Of a DNA stretch of 57,614 nucleotides, positions 46,410 through 55,604 are shown piece by piece. Each line of letters opens with the position of its first letter. The stretch's first letter is position 1. The DNA lies in contig CAZTOV010000005.1 of assembly GCA_964615175.1 (NCBI GenBank), forward strand, positions 1 to 57,614, given 5' to 3'. The notes beneath the pieces are model-generated. The model was given only the letters and a program-made list of their open reading frames with translations, was not told the origin of the DNA and did not search any database. A program made the position numbers and the translations under genes. This stretch comes from an uncultured Burkholderiales bacterium (lineage in GTDB: Bacteria; Actinomycetota; Acidimicrobiia; IMCC26256; JACPCJ01).

Positions 46410-46551
46410 GTGTGAGCGTCCAGCCACGCTCGCTCGGCGACTTCGTCGCACGGCGAGCTGCGATGCGCACACCCTCGCTGGTCATGCAATGACTGTTCGG
46501 CCCCGACAGTGGGCGCGTCGCAGCTGGGCGAGCGCGACTGGACGCTCACAC
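46410..46551. repeat. Inverted doublet with GTGTGAGC termini (family 2 variant)
   Basis: GTGTGAGCGTCCAG/CTGGACGCTCACAC outer arms; AGCTGCGATGCGCACAC/GTGGGCGCGTCGCAGCT inner arms. Confidence 0.8.
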
Positions 46552-46560
46552 ACTGTGTCT

Positions 46561-47070
46561 CTACACGCAGTCCTTGCAGAGGACTGCCTTCTCGTCGGCG
46601 AGCTGGTTGGGGTGCTTGACGAGGAAGCAGGAACGGCAGGTGAACTCGCCGGGTTGCTTGGCCGGGATCTTCTTCTTGGGAGCCTTCTTGCGCTTCTTCG
46701 GCGTGGGCTCTTCTTCCTCGGCCTCGTCGTCGTCCTCGGACTTCATCTGCTGCTCGAGGATCACGTCGAGTGACTGCTCGACCTCGTCAGGATCCTCTTC
46801 CTCGTCTTCGAGGTCGATGACGGCGCTCTCGTCGTCCGACTCCTCGTCTTCTTCTTCCTCGCTGGTCTCTTTGGTGGCGGTGGTGGAGTCGATGTCGTCG
46901 TCCTCGTCTTCTTCGTCGTCGTCAGGGATGTAGTCCGCGTCGTAGCCGTCCGCGTCGAAATCCTCGTCGAGGTCCTCCTCGTCGAGGTCTTCGTCTTCTT
47001 CTTTGTCGTCGTCGAGGTCCTCGTCGTCGAGGTCCTCCGCCTCGAGGGCGTCGTCGTCGGCAGCGCTCAT
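46561..47070 (-). CDS. DUF4193 family protein with long acidic N-terminus
   Basis: KQPGEFTCRSCFLVKHPNQL...CKDC. Confidence 0.85.
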   Translation of the reverse strand: MSAADDDALEAEDLDDEDLDDDKEEDEDLDEEDLDEDFDADGYDADYIPDDDEEDEDDDIDSTTATKETSEEEEDEESDDESAVIDLEDEEEDPDEVEQSLDVILEQQMKSEDDDEAEEEEPTPKKRKKAPKKKIPAKQPGEFTCRSCFLVKHPNQLADEKAVLCKDCV

Positions 47071-47150
47071 GTCCGTCGTATCTCTGGTCTCAGGAAGGCA
47101 TGGTGGATGATGGCCGCCCCGGTGTCTAGCAGATCGAACCCCGGTGGCCG

Positions 47151-47840
47151 CTACCCCCGGGCACCCGAGCCTTCACCAGCGGCGCCGAAGGGCAGGTTGC
47201 GCACGTTGTCGACCAGCCAGCCCTCGCTCTGTTTCACCAGGTCCAGCTCGAGGTACAGCTCGAGCACCCGAGGGGGCTGCTCGTTCCCGTCCGCGTCGAC
47301 CGTACGCGACACCACCTCGGCCTGGACGATCACGTGTGCCGCCCGTTGGTCGAGATCACCGGCGAAGATCTCTTCGATCGTCGCTTCGGTCCGCGTGCGG
47401 CCCAGGCTCAGGATGGCCTCGAACAGCCCCGTCTCGAGCGCCTCTTCGTAGTTGCGCCGGAACGCGCCCGTCGACAGCTCGAGGACCCCCTCGCGCGTGC
47501 GCTCGAGGTTCTCCGAGTCGACGGTGAGGAAGCGTTCGGCGAACGTCCCGGCGGTCCGGCGAGCAGCGGCCAGCTCGCCCTGGCCGTCCTCGGCGGTCTG
47601 CCACAGGAACGCGAACACCCCGACCAGGGGCACCGCGACGGCGAGGGCGGCGGCGAGCCCGATCACGAGCCTTGGACGCGTGAACAGCCTCCGCACGCGC
47701 GGCTCGGTTGACCTCTCCTCCGTTCGGCGCGTGGGCGCGTCGGGGCGGGTCCTGACGGTCTCAGCTCGCTCCCGAAGGGACTCCGGCTTCGAGGTAGACC
47801 AGTCGTCGGCGCCGGGTGATGGGTCGTCCTGCTCGCTCAC
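47151..47840 (-). CDS. Mce-associated membrane protein (Mam/Mas-like)
   Basis: Single TM, C-terminal L.LVK..GWLVD; follows the mce genes. Confidence 0.78.
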   Translation of the reverse strand: MSEQDDPSPGADDWSTSKPESLRERAETVRTRPDAPTRRTEERSTEPRVRRLFTRPRLVIGLAAALAVAVPLVGVFAFLWQTAEDGQGELAAARRTAGTFAERFLTVDSENLERTREGVLELSTGAFRRNYEEALETGLFEAILSLGRTRTEATIEEIFAGDLDQRAAHVIVQAEVVSRTVDADGNEQPPRVLELYLELDLVKQSEGWLVDNVRNLPFGAAGEGSGARG

Positions 47841-47852
47841 ACGCTTCTCATC

Positions 47853-49067
47853 TCAAGACAGGCGGCGGGGGCGGATGAGGGCCACCAGTCCTGCGAGCAC
47901 CAGGAGACCGAGGCCCCCCGAGGCGGCCAGCATGCCGCCCGTCGCCGGGGTCGGCCCCGTGCTCGGGGCGTCGGGCTCTTCCGCCCCCGGTTCCGACGTG
48001 CTGGCGAATTCGACGTCGCAGGCCGAGATCTCGGGTTGGGGCGGCGGCGTCTCCTTGTTCGGGTTGAAGTCCTCGGCCTCGTTCTCCGCGCTGTCGGTGA
48101 TGTCGACCCGCACCCACTGGTGCACGCGGCTGTCGGGGCCCTTCTCGAAGTCGAGGACGGTCTGGAGTCGCTCGGTGGCGACGGGGAAATCGGTCAACAG
48201 CGTCTCGAGGTCCTCCAGGTCGGCGTCGGTGGTGCTCACGTCGAGCACGTCGTCGACGGCGTTGAACACGCACACCAGGCTGTCACGGTGATCGCGGACC
48301 ACGGGAACCAGGTCCGCGAAGACCTCGGCGCCGTCGTCGAGGAGGGGCCCGATGTCGTCGGACGCCTTACCGAGGCTCTGGGACACGGCCCGCAGATCCT
48401 CCAGCGCCGCCACCAACGAGTCGGAGTGCTCGGCGAAGACCCGGGTGAGGCGGGTGTTGGCGGACGCCAACCGGTCGAGGGTGTCGGTGCGCTCGGCGAA
48501 CGTCTGCGACAGGCGGTCGCCCTCCACGATCAGGCTCCGCAGGTCGTCCTCCCGGTTCTGCAGACCCACGGCCAGTTCGCGGGTGATGATGCCCAAGTCC
48601 TGGGGGTCGATCGACTCGAGGAGCGCCTCGGCCGAGCGCAACGTGTCGGCGAACTCGATCGGAATCGTGGTCCGCTCGATGGGGATGTGGTCGCCTCCCT
48701 CGAGCACGGGGCCGTCAGGCTTCACCTTCTCGGGGTTCTGGAAGTCGACGAACTGCTCGCCCAGCGCGCTCTTGCGGAAGATGTGAGCGGTGGCGTCGGC
48801 GGGGATGCGGACATCGTTGTCGAGCTTCATCGTGATGCGAACCGCGCCTTCGGCGCGCTCGACGCTCGCGACTCCACCCGCCTGGGTGCCGAGATACGTG
48901 ACCTCGGCGTTGGGGAGGACGCCCATGGCGTTCTCGAAGTCGGCGGTCACCTCGTAGGGGTTTTCGATGAAGTCGACGGTCACCAGGTTCGTGGCCGCCC
49001 AGACCACGAAGGCGATCGCCACGGCGGCGAAGACGGCCAGGTTCACGACGACGCGTCGGCGCAACAT
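47853..49067 (-). CDS. MCE family protein (MceF position)
   Basis: N-terminal TM, GVLPNAEVTYLG, SALGEQFVDF; C-terminal TPATG-TM-RR. Confidence 0.9.
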   Translation of the reverse strand: MLRRRVVVNLAVFAAVAIAFVVWAATNLVTVDFIENPYEVTADFENAMGVLPNAEVTYLGTQAGGVASVERAEGAVRITMKLDNDVRIPADATAHIFRKSALGEQFVDFQNPEKVKPDGPVLEGGDHIPIERTTIPIEFADTLRSAEALLESIDPQDLGIITRELAVGLQNREDDLRSLIVEGDRLSQTFAERTDTLDRLASANTRLTRVFAEHSDSLVAALEDLRAVSQSLGKASDDIGPLLDDGAEVFADLVPVVRDHRDSLVCVFNAVDDVLDVSTTDADLEDLETLLTDFPVATERLQTVLDFEKGPDSRVHQWVRVDITDSAENEAEDFNPNKETPPPQPEISACDVEFASTSEPGAEEPDAPSTGPTPATGGMLAASGGLGLLVLAGLVALIRPRRLS

Positions 49068-49068
49068 G

Positions 49069-49215
49069 CTATTGACCCGCCGACATCTCGTCGGCTCCGA
49101 CAACATCCGGGGTCCCCGTCGGAACCTCTGGTTCCGGCGGGGGTTGTGGCGGGGCCCCTGCCCCACCAGCGGCCGTCCGAGCAGCGTTTCGCGTCATCGT
49201 TCGGTCTTCATCCAT
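49069..49215 (-). repeat. MIRU-like element, copy B, with a 48-aa linker ORF
   Basis: TGATG overlap with the mceE stop; reads MDEDRTMTRNAARTAAGGAGAP...GADEMSAGQ; TAG 1 nt before the mceF ATG. Confidence 0.8.
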
Positions 49216-50171
49216 CAGTCGCCTTCACTCCCCCGCAACACGCCGTGCTGGAACACGGTGGTGAAATCGTTGGGGATCACGTCGGGGATGGTGACGACGA
49301 ACCGCTTCAACCACACCAGGAGGGAGTCGATGTCGTCCTGACGGTCGGCGAGTTGGGCGAGGATGTCGTCGACCTGGTTGATCTGCGTGTTCACCTCGTC
49401 GAAGTGCTCGACCACGACGGTGTTCTGGGCCGTCGCCAGGCGTGAGAGTTGCTCGAGGGCCTCGACCGCCCGGTCACGGTTCTCGGCCAGCAGGCCCGTG
49501 GTCTCGGCGAGATGACCGAGGGCATCGCGGAGACTGCCCGTGCCCGAGGCCAGTTGGCCGGCCGCCCCGTCGAGGTGGTCGATGATCCGCACGAGTTGGT
49601 CGGAGCGTTCGGCGAGGGTCCCGCTGATCGTCCCGAGGCTGTTCACGAGCGAACGGAACTCTTCGCGCTGGCCTCCGAAGCCGATGCCTCCGGCGTCGAT
49701 GAGCGTGGCGAGGTCGCTCGCTTCGACGGCGCCGAGCAGCTCGATGGCGGTATCGGCGACGAATTCCAGCTCGGGTGCGGCCTCGCTGTCCTCGATGGTC
49801 TCTCCGGCGGCCAGGTACGGCCCATCGACCATCGCCTCCTCCGACGGTGGCCGCAACTCGATGAACTTCTCGCCGAGAAGACTGGTGGTGCGTAGGACCG
49901 CGGTCGTGCCCACCGGAACGTCGATACCGTCGCTGATACGCATCGTGACGCGGGCGCGGAAGTCGTCGGTGAGGTCGATGGAGGTGACCTCGCCGACGCG
50001 GACGTCGGCGATCTGGACGGAATGGCGTTCGACGAGGTCGCCGACGTCGTCGAACTCGGCGGCGAGGCGGTAGCCGTCGGCGCTGAGGAACTCGCGCACC
50101 CCGAACCCGCCGGCCATCAGCGCGACGACGCCCACCAGCGCCCAGACGATGCGTGCGACGCGGCCCATCAC
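49215..50171 (-). CDS. MCE family protein (MceE position)
   Basis: DLVERHSVQIADVRVG, TSLLGEKFIEL. Confidence 0.9.
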   Translation of the reverse strand: MMGRVARIVWALVGVVALMAGGFGVREFLSADGYRLAAEFDDVGDLVERHSVQIADVRVGEVTSIDLTDDFRARVTMRISDGIDVPVGTTAVLRTTSLLGEKFIELRPPSEEAMVDGPYLAAGETIEDSEAAPELEFVADTAIELLGAVEASDLATLIDAGGIGFGGQREEFRSLVNSLGTISGTLAERSDQLVRIIDHLDGAAGQLASGTGSLRDALGHLAETTGLLAENRDRAVEALEQLSRLATAQNTVVVEHFDEVNTQINQVDDILAQLADRQDDIDSLLVWLKRFVVTIPDVIPNDFTTVFQHGVLRGSEGD

Positions 50172-51388
50172 ACGACCCCCGTGACCGCTCGGGCGAAGCC
50201 ACCGAACAGGTCGAGGATGTCCGCTGCGAACCCGGGGTCGTCGCCGTTATGCGACCGACGCTCGTAACTGGACGCGACGTCGAGTGGCCCGGCGCCGGTG
50301 TCGGTCAACTCCCGTAGGAGGTCGTCGAGGGGACCGAACGGCGACTCGGGAACCGGCGGTTCGGGATCTTCGTCGTCCCGCCCGTTGTCGGTACCCTCGC
50401 CTTCCGACTGGCTGGGCGCGCCGGACGCGCTCAGGGCCTCGCCGCCGTCGTCCTGCTCGAAGAGCCCGGAGTCGCGGAGGTCGACGACGCGCTTGTCGGT
50501 GTCCACGGCCTCCTTCAGGCCGCTCGCCGTGATCGGCCCGGCCGCCAAGAGCTGGTCGACCGAGTCGATGTTCGCCCGGATGGCCTGGGCCACGTGCTCG
50601 AGCACCTCGAGGTCGTCGCCGAGATCTTCACCGTGCTCGTCGACCAGGTCCTTGGCGTTGGCGGCGAAGGTAGCCAGGTTCGTGACGATGTTGCCGAGGC
50701 GGTCGCGCTCCTCGGCGAGCACGCCCGTCACGACGGCGAAGTCGTCGAGCACCTCGCCGATCTGGTCCTCGCGGGTGAGGAGCGTGCGGGTGAAGTCGTC
50801 GAAGTTGTCGATGATCCGGCCCAGCTCTTCGCTCTTGGCCCCGAAGTCGCGGGTGACGTCGGCGATCTCCCGGATCGTGTCGTTGATCGTCTCGCCCTGA
50901 CCGTCCAGGTCGGAGGCCAAGTTCTCGGTGAGGCGCCGGCTGCCGTCGGGGTTGAGGTCGTCGAGGAAGTCACGGAGGGCGCGGAGGGCTTCGTCGACCT
51001 CGACGGGCACGGTGGTGCGCTCCAGCGGGATCACGGCCCCGTCCTCGAGGCGAGGGCCACCCGTGTAGGCCGGGAAGAGCTGCACGTATCGCTCCCCGAT
51101 GAGCGAAAGGGGGACGATGGTGGCCTGGACATCGGCGGGGACGGGCACATCGTCGTCGACGGTGATCTCCACCCGCACCTGATCGCCGACGACCTCGACA
51201 TCGTCGACCGTCCCGGCCGGAAGCCCCAGCACCCGGACCTCGGACCCCTCGAAGAGGGAGACGGCCCGCTCGAAGAACACCGTGACTCCGGTGCCGCCAC
51301 CCCCGCCCGGGAGCACGGAGCAGCTCCCGGCGACGAGGGTGAGCGCGAACGCCGCCGCGGTGAGCCGGATGCGGGCGCCGCGGGTCAT
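50168..51388 (-). CDS. MCE family protein (MceD position), possible lipoprotein
   Basis: LFEGSEVRVLG, SLIGERYVQLFPAYTGGP, RTTVPVE; N-terminal LVAGSC. Confidence 0.9.
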   Translation of the reverse strand: MTRGARIRLTAAAFALTLVAGSCSVLPGGGGGTGVTVFFERAVSLFEGSEVRVLGLPAGTVDDVEVVGDQVRVEITVDDDVPVPADVQATIVPLSLIGERYVQLFPAYTGGPRLEDGAVIPLERTTVPVEVDEALRALRDFLDDLNPDGSRRLTENLASDLDGQGETINDTIREIADVTRDFGAKSEELGRIIDNFDDFTRTLLTREDQIGEVLDDFAVVTGVLAEERDRLGNIVTNLATFAANAKDLVDEHGEDLGDDLEVLEHVAQAIRANIDSVDQLLAAGPITASGLKEAVDTDKRVVDLRDSGLFEQDDGGEALSASGAPSQSEGEGTDNGRDDEDPEPPVPESPFGPLDDLLRELTDTGAGPLDVASSYERRSHNGDDPGFAADILDLFGGFARAVTGVV

Positions 51389-52365
51389 TGCTGCTCCGAG
51401 GGGTCGCTCGGACTCACGTCGGCGAAGATGTCGGCCCACGGGCCGTGGTTGACCGCCTGGGCCAGGCCCAGCGTCCCGGGGCCGATGTAGGCGAGGGCCC
51501 GGTCGAGGTCCTCCTGGCGCTCATCGAGGATGGTGGCCGTTTCGTGGACCGTGTCGAGGAGGCTGTCGATGACGGCTTCGAACTCGGTGGTGAGCGACGC
51601 CAGCTGGGCGGTGAGGGTCTCGGTGCCCTCGAGTCCGTCGGAGAACGCCTGCCGGCGCTGCTCGAGGACGTCGAGGACGCCCTGCGACTGGTCGAGGAGC
51701 CGCACGAGGACCCGGTCCTTTTCGGCCAGCGTTCCCGAGATCGTCTCGACCCGCTCGAAGAGGCGCTGGAGGTCGTCCTCGCGGTCGTTGACCTCCCCGG
51801 CGACGTCCCGGAGGCCCTCCAACAGGTTCTGGAGATCCTGACGACGGTCCTCGCTCACGGTCGCGAGCTGGTCGACGAAGAGATTGAGTCGTTCGGTGTC
51901 GGTCTCCTGGATGGCCTCGGTGCCGATCCGACTCAGCTCGAACACGTCGAACGGCACGCGGGTCCGCTCGATCGGGATGACCGCGCCGTCCTCGAGGAAG
52001 GGTTCCTGCACGGGACCGCTGAGGCGCACGTACTTGGTGCCGAGAAGCGTCTCGAGCGTCACCTCGGCTTCGGTGTTGGGGCCGAGATCGATACCGGAGT
52101 TGACCGCCAGCTCGAGCGTCACGTTGCCCTCTTCGCGATTGGCCTCGACGCTGGTGACCCGTCCTGCTTTCACGCCTGCGACCCGGACGTCGTCGCCCGA
52201 GGTGATTCCCGCTGAGTCCGCCACCACCGCCGTCACCCGGTACGTGTCTTCGAGCAGGTTCAAGACCCCCACCGCGAAGGCAAGCGCCACCGAACCGGCG
52301 ATCGCTGCCACCGAGATCGCCCCGATCAGGTAGGGGTTGGCGTCGCGGAACGACTTGAGCTCCAT
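51385..52365 (-). CDS. MCE family protein (MceC position)
   Basis: KSFRDANP, GDDVRVAGVKAG, TLLGTKY, RTRVPFD. Confidence 0.9.
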   Translation of the reverse strand: MELKSFRDANPYLIGAISVAAIAGSVALAFAVGVLNLLEDTYRVTAVVADSAGITSGDDVRVAGVKAGRVTSVEANREEGNVTLELAVNSGIDLGPNTEAEVTLETLLGTKYVRLSGPVQEPFLEDGAVIPIERTRVPFDVFELSRIGTEAIQETDTERLNLFVDQLATVSEDRRQDLQNLLEGLRDVAGEVNDREDDLQRLFERVETISGTLAEKDRVLVRLLDQSQGVLDVLEQRRQAFSDGLEGTETLTAQLASLTTEFEAVIDSLLDTVHETATILDERQEDLDRALAYIGPGTLGLAQAVNHGPWADIFADVSPSDPSEQQ

Positions 52366-53468
52366 CAGTCTCCGGCCCCCGGGTCCGCTGCGCCGGTGAC
52401 GGCTCCGAGGATCTCGGCGAGTTCGTTGGGTGGCGTGCGGGCCGCAGCCTCGCCGTCACCGGTGGTCTGGCTCGTGCAGCTGGCGCTGCCGTCGAACGGC
52501 GGAATCGGGCCCTCGGGGCCGTCGACGTCGATCACGCTGCACGGGATCCACTGGTTGAGCCACTCCCCGTAGCGGGAGGCGTTGTAGAGCGCGAGGCTGA
52601 GGTCGTCGAGGTTGACGACGGTCGTCTCGAGTTCGTCGAAACGGTCGTCGACGACGTCGACGACCTCGCCCACGCGGGTCAGGATGCGGTCGATTCCGGG
52701 TCGGTTCTGCGCGAGGAGCTTGCCGAGCGCCTCGGAGAAGCCACCGAGATCGACCACGGTCCGCTCGACGACGTCGGTGTTCTCGTTGAACGTCGCGGCG
52801 AGGTCCGTGACGTTGTCCAGGATGGTTCGTAGCTGCTCGTCACGAGCCACGAGGGCGTCGGTGACCGACGCCAGGTTGCTCACCATCCGACCGATGGCCT
52901 CATCGCGGCTGCCCAAGGCCTCGGCGAACGTGCCCAGATCGGAGATGGTGGCGCCCAACAGCTCGTCGTTTCCCTCTTCGAGGGCGCCCGTGAACGCGAG
53001 AAGGAAGTTGTTGACCTGCTCGGGGTCGATCGACTGCAGCACCGGCCCGAGCCGGTTGAACAACTCGCCCAGGTCGACGATGGGCCGGCTGCGGTCGAGC
53101 GGGATGTGGTCTCCGCCCTCGAGCGTCGTGCCGGCGTCGCCCGGGAAGAGGTAGACGTATCGCTGGCCCAGCAGGTTGCGCCACCGGACGGCGGTCTCGG
53201 TGTCGCTCGGGAGGTCGACCGAGTCGTCGACCTCGAAGTCGACGACAGCCTTGCCGTCCTCGACGCCGATGCCGGTGACCTTGCCCACCACGACGCCTGC
53301 GACCTTGACGTTGTCGTTCTCGAGCAGGCCGGTGACGTCGTCGAACGTCGCCGAGAGGGAGTAGCGGTCGGCGAAGGGGTCGATGTTGCCGATGGTGAAG
53401 GCCAGCCAGGCCGTGAAGGCCAGACAGACCGCGGTGAAGCCCACCAGCTTGAGGGCGAGCCGGATCAT
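52365..53468 (-). CDS. MCE family protein (MceB position)
   Basis: FDDVTGL..DNVKVAGV, RWRNLLGQRY, YGEWLN..PC. Confidence 0.9.
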   Translation of the reverse strand: MIRLALKLVGFTAVCLAFTAWLAFTIGNIDPFADRYSLSATFDDVTGLLENDNVKVAGVVVGKVTGIGVEDGKAVVDFEVDDSVDLPSDTETAVRWRNLLGQRYVYLFPGDAGTTLEGGDHIPLDRSRPIVDLGELFNRLGPVLQSIDPEQVNNFLLAFTGALEEGNDELLGATISDLGTFAEALGSRDEAIGRMVSNLASVTDALVARDEQLRTILDNVTDLAATFNENTDVVERTVVDLGGFSEALGKLLAQNRPGIDRILTRVGEVVDVVDDRFDELETTVVNLDDLSLALYNASRYGEWLNQWIPCSVIDVDGPEGPIPPFDGSASCTSQTTGDGEAAARTPPNELAEILGAVTGAADPGAGD

Positions 53469-54682
53469 GGTGTTCCCAACCCCGCGAACGCGTGCGCGGG
53501 CATGCCGAAGACCACCTGGCTCAGGACGTCGACGACCGCCGTAGACCCCTCGGTTGCCGATCTGCCGCTTGGCGCCGCTTCGCTCGTCGATTCCGTCGAT
53601 GCCACTCCCCCGGCGCCGAGGTCGACGCCGGGGAGAGCCCGGCCGAGCGTGCAGGCTTCACTCGTCTCGGAGAGGGCGCAGGCCAGGTTGACCAGGGTGG
53701 CCTGGTCGAGCACGAACTTGATGGTCCCGGCAATGGCTCCGTTGTCGTGCTGCAGGAAGTTGCCTTCGTAGACGCCTGCCTGGGCGAGGATCTTCGCGAA
53801 GTCACGAAGCGCCACCACGAGCTTCGGCACCTGCTCACGGTTGTCATGCAGCACCTGAATGGTCTTCCCACCCTCGGTCACCATCTTTTCGAGCGTGGGT
53901 TGGACCTCTTCGAGCACCTCCGCGAGGTGTCGCGACACGTCCGCGGCGTCGTCGAGGAGATCGGCGAGCTTGTCGCCGCGCTCGTTGAGGGGCGGAAGCG
54001 CCTCGTTGAGGCTCCGGGTGGTCGCCACGATGTCGTCGCCCACCCGGTCGAACGCGCCGGAGAGCGTCTCGAAGTCGTCGAGGAACTGGCGGGTATCGGC
54101 GTCGTGCTTCGCGAACACGGCCGCCACCTCCGACCAGTTCTGGATCTGCCGCCGGATGCGCTCACCCTGGCCGTCTACGGCACCGGCGAGGGTGTCGAGG
54201 ATCACGGCGAGGTCGGCGGGGCGCACCGAATCGAGCAGCTCTTCAGCGGTCACGAGCACACGCTCCAGCTCGATGCTCCCGACGGTGCTCTCGATCTCGT
54301 CGCCGTCCTCGAGCACCGGTTCCCCGGCGGATGTGTCGGGAACCTCGATGTCGACGAACTTCTCGCCGAAGAGTGTCTTGGGTCGCACGAGGGCTCGGGA
54401 GCCGACCGGGATCTTCTCGTAGCCGCGGATCTGCAACGTCACCAGAGCCCGTCCCGCGTCGTCGAGTTCGACGGACTCGACCTCGCCGACGTTCACGCCG
54501 CGGATCTTCACGTCGGAGTCCTTGATCAGACCCTGGCCGGCATTCCCGAATCGGGCGCTCACTTCGTAGACGTCGTCGAACGTGCCCGAGGCGTAGAGGA
54601 CGGCGACCACGGTCGATCCGGTGAGGAAGATCGACACCACGAGGCCGGTGAGGATGAGGAACGAGCGCTCGGACGGTCGCAT
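53465..54682 (-). CDS. MCE family protein (MceA position)
   Basis: AGQGL...SDVKIRGV, TLFGEKFVDI. Confidence 0.9.
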   Translation of the reverse strand: MRPSERSFLILTGLVVSIFLTGSTVVAVLYASGTFDDVYEVSARFGNAGQGLIKDSDVKIRGVNVGEVESVELDDAGRALVTLQIRGYEKIPVGSRALVRPKTLFGEKFVDIEVPDTSAGEPVLEDGDEIESTVGSIELERVLVTAEELLDSVRPADLAVILDTLAGAVDGQGERIRRQIQNWSEVAAVFAKHDADTRQFLDDFETLSGAFDRVGDDIVATTRSLNEALPPLNERGDKLADLLDDAADVSRHLAEVLEEVQPTLEKMVTEGGKTIQVLHDNREQVPKLVVALRDFAKILAQAGVYEGNFLQHDNGAIAGTIKFVLDQATLVNLACALSETSEACTLGRALPGVDLGAGGVASTESTSEAAPSGRSATEGSTAVVDVLSQVVFGMPAHAFAGLGTP

Positions 54683-54684
54683 GC

Positions 54685-55533
54685 CTATCCGGCGATCCTC
54701 ACCGTGTTGCCGCCTCCCCACATCACCAGCGAGAGGACGAGATTCAGGATCACGACGGTGACGATCGAGAGCCGGATGGCTCGGCCGACCGCCACGCCCA
54801 CGCCGGCGGGACCGCCGGTGGCGTGGTAGCCGTAGTAGCAGTGGATGAGGGCCACGGCGACGGCGAAGACCATGGCCTTGATGAGCGAGTAGACGATGTC
54901 GATCACCGGTAAGAACAGTTTGAAATAGTGGTCGTAGACGCCTTGGGACAGCCCGAAGTACTGCGTGGTGATCAGCTCGGTGGCGAAGAACGACGCGAAC
55001 AGGGCGATGAGATAGAGCGGGACGATGGTGATGAGGGCGGCGACGACGCGGGTGGCGACGAGATAGACGAGCGTCGGGACGCTCATGACTTCGAGAGCGT
55101 CGATCTCGTCGGAGATGCGCATCGCCCCCAGCTCGGCGGTGAACCCGGCGCCGACCTGGGCGGCGAGGGCGATCCCGGCGATGAGCGGTGTGACCTCTCG
55201 GGTGTTGGCCCACGACGACACCAGGCCCGTGAATGCCTGAGCCCCGAGCTGCTCGAGGCCCTTGAAGCCCTGGAGACCCACCTCGGTGCCGGTGAAGAAC
55301 GCCATCGAGAAGATCACGACGATCATCCCGCCCCCGATGACGAACGCGCCCACGCCGATCGTGATGTCGCTCACGAGGGCGAACACCACGCTGAAGTACC
55401 GCAGCCGGGTGAAGAGCTGGGTCGGAATGGCCCAGAGGACCTTCAGGTAGAAGCGGAGCTGGCGGCCCACCTCCTCGAAGGCGTCGCCGAGGCGGTGCGC
55501 CGCAGTGACGACGGGTGAGAGCGGGGAGGCCAT
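54685..55533 (-). CDS. MlaE/YrbEB-type ABC permease
   Basis: AQVGAGFTAELGAMRISDEIDALEVM, IHCYYGY.A.GGPAGVG. Confidence 0.93.
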   Translation of the reverse strand: MASPLSPVVTAAHRLGDAFEEVGRQLRFYLKVLWAIPTQLFTRLRYFSVVFALVSDITIGVGAFVIGGGMIVVIFSMAFFTGTEVGLQGFKGLEQLGAQAFTGLVSSWANTREVTPLIAGIALAAQVGAGFTAELGAMRISDEIDALEVMSVPTLVYLVATRVVAALITIVPLYLIALFASFFATELITTQYFGLSQGVYDHYFKLFLPVIDIVYSLIKAMVFAVAVALIHCYYGYHATGGPAGVGVAVGRAIRLSIVTVVILNLVLSLVMWGGGNTVRIAG

Positions 55534-55600
55534 CTACTGATCCGCCGACATCCCACCGGTGACCGGAAGAGCAGCGCTGCGCGTCATCGTCCGCTCCTCA
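55534..55600 (-). repeat. MIRU-like element, copy C, with a 17-aa ORF
   Basis: GAGGAG RBS, ATG 55587, MTRSAALPVTGGMSADQ, TAG directly before the yrbEB ATG; 20/22 and 17/19 nt identity to copy B ends. Confidence 0.78.
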
Positions 55601-55604
55601 TCGG

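Noticed and set aside
49068-49214. Frameshifted or truncated mceE/mceF
   Set aside because: Both genes appear complete; the gap is explained by the repeat element
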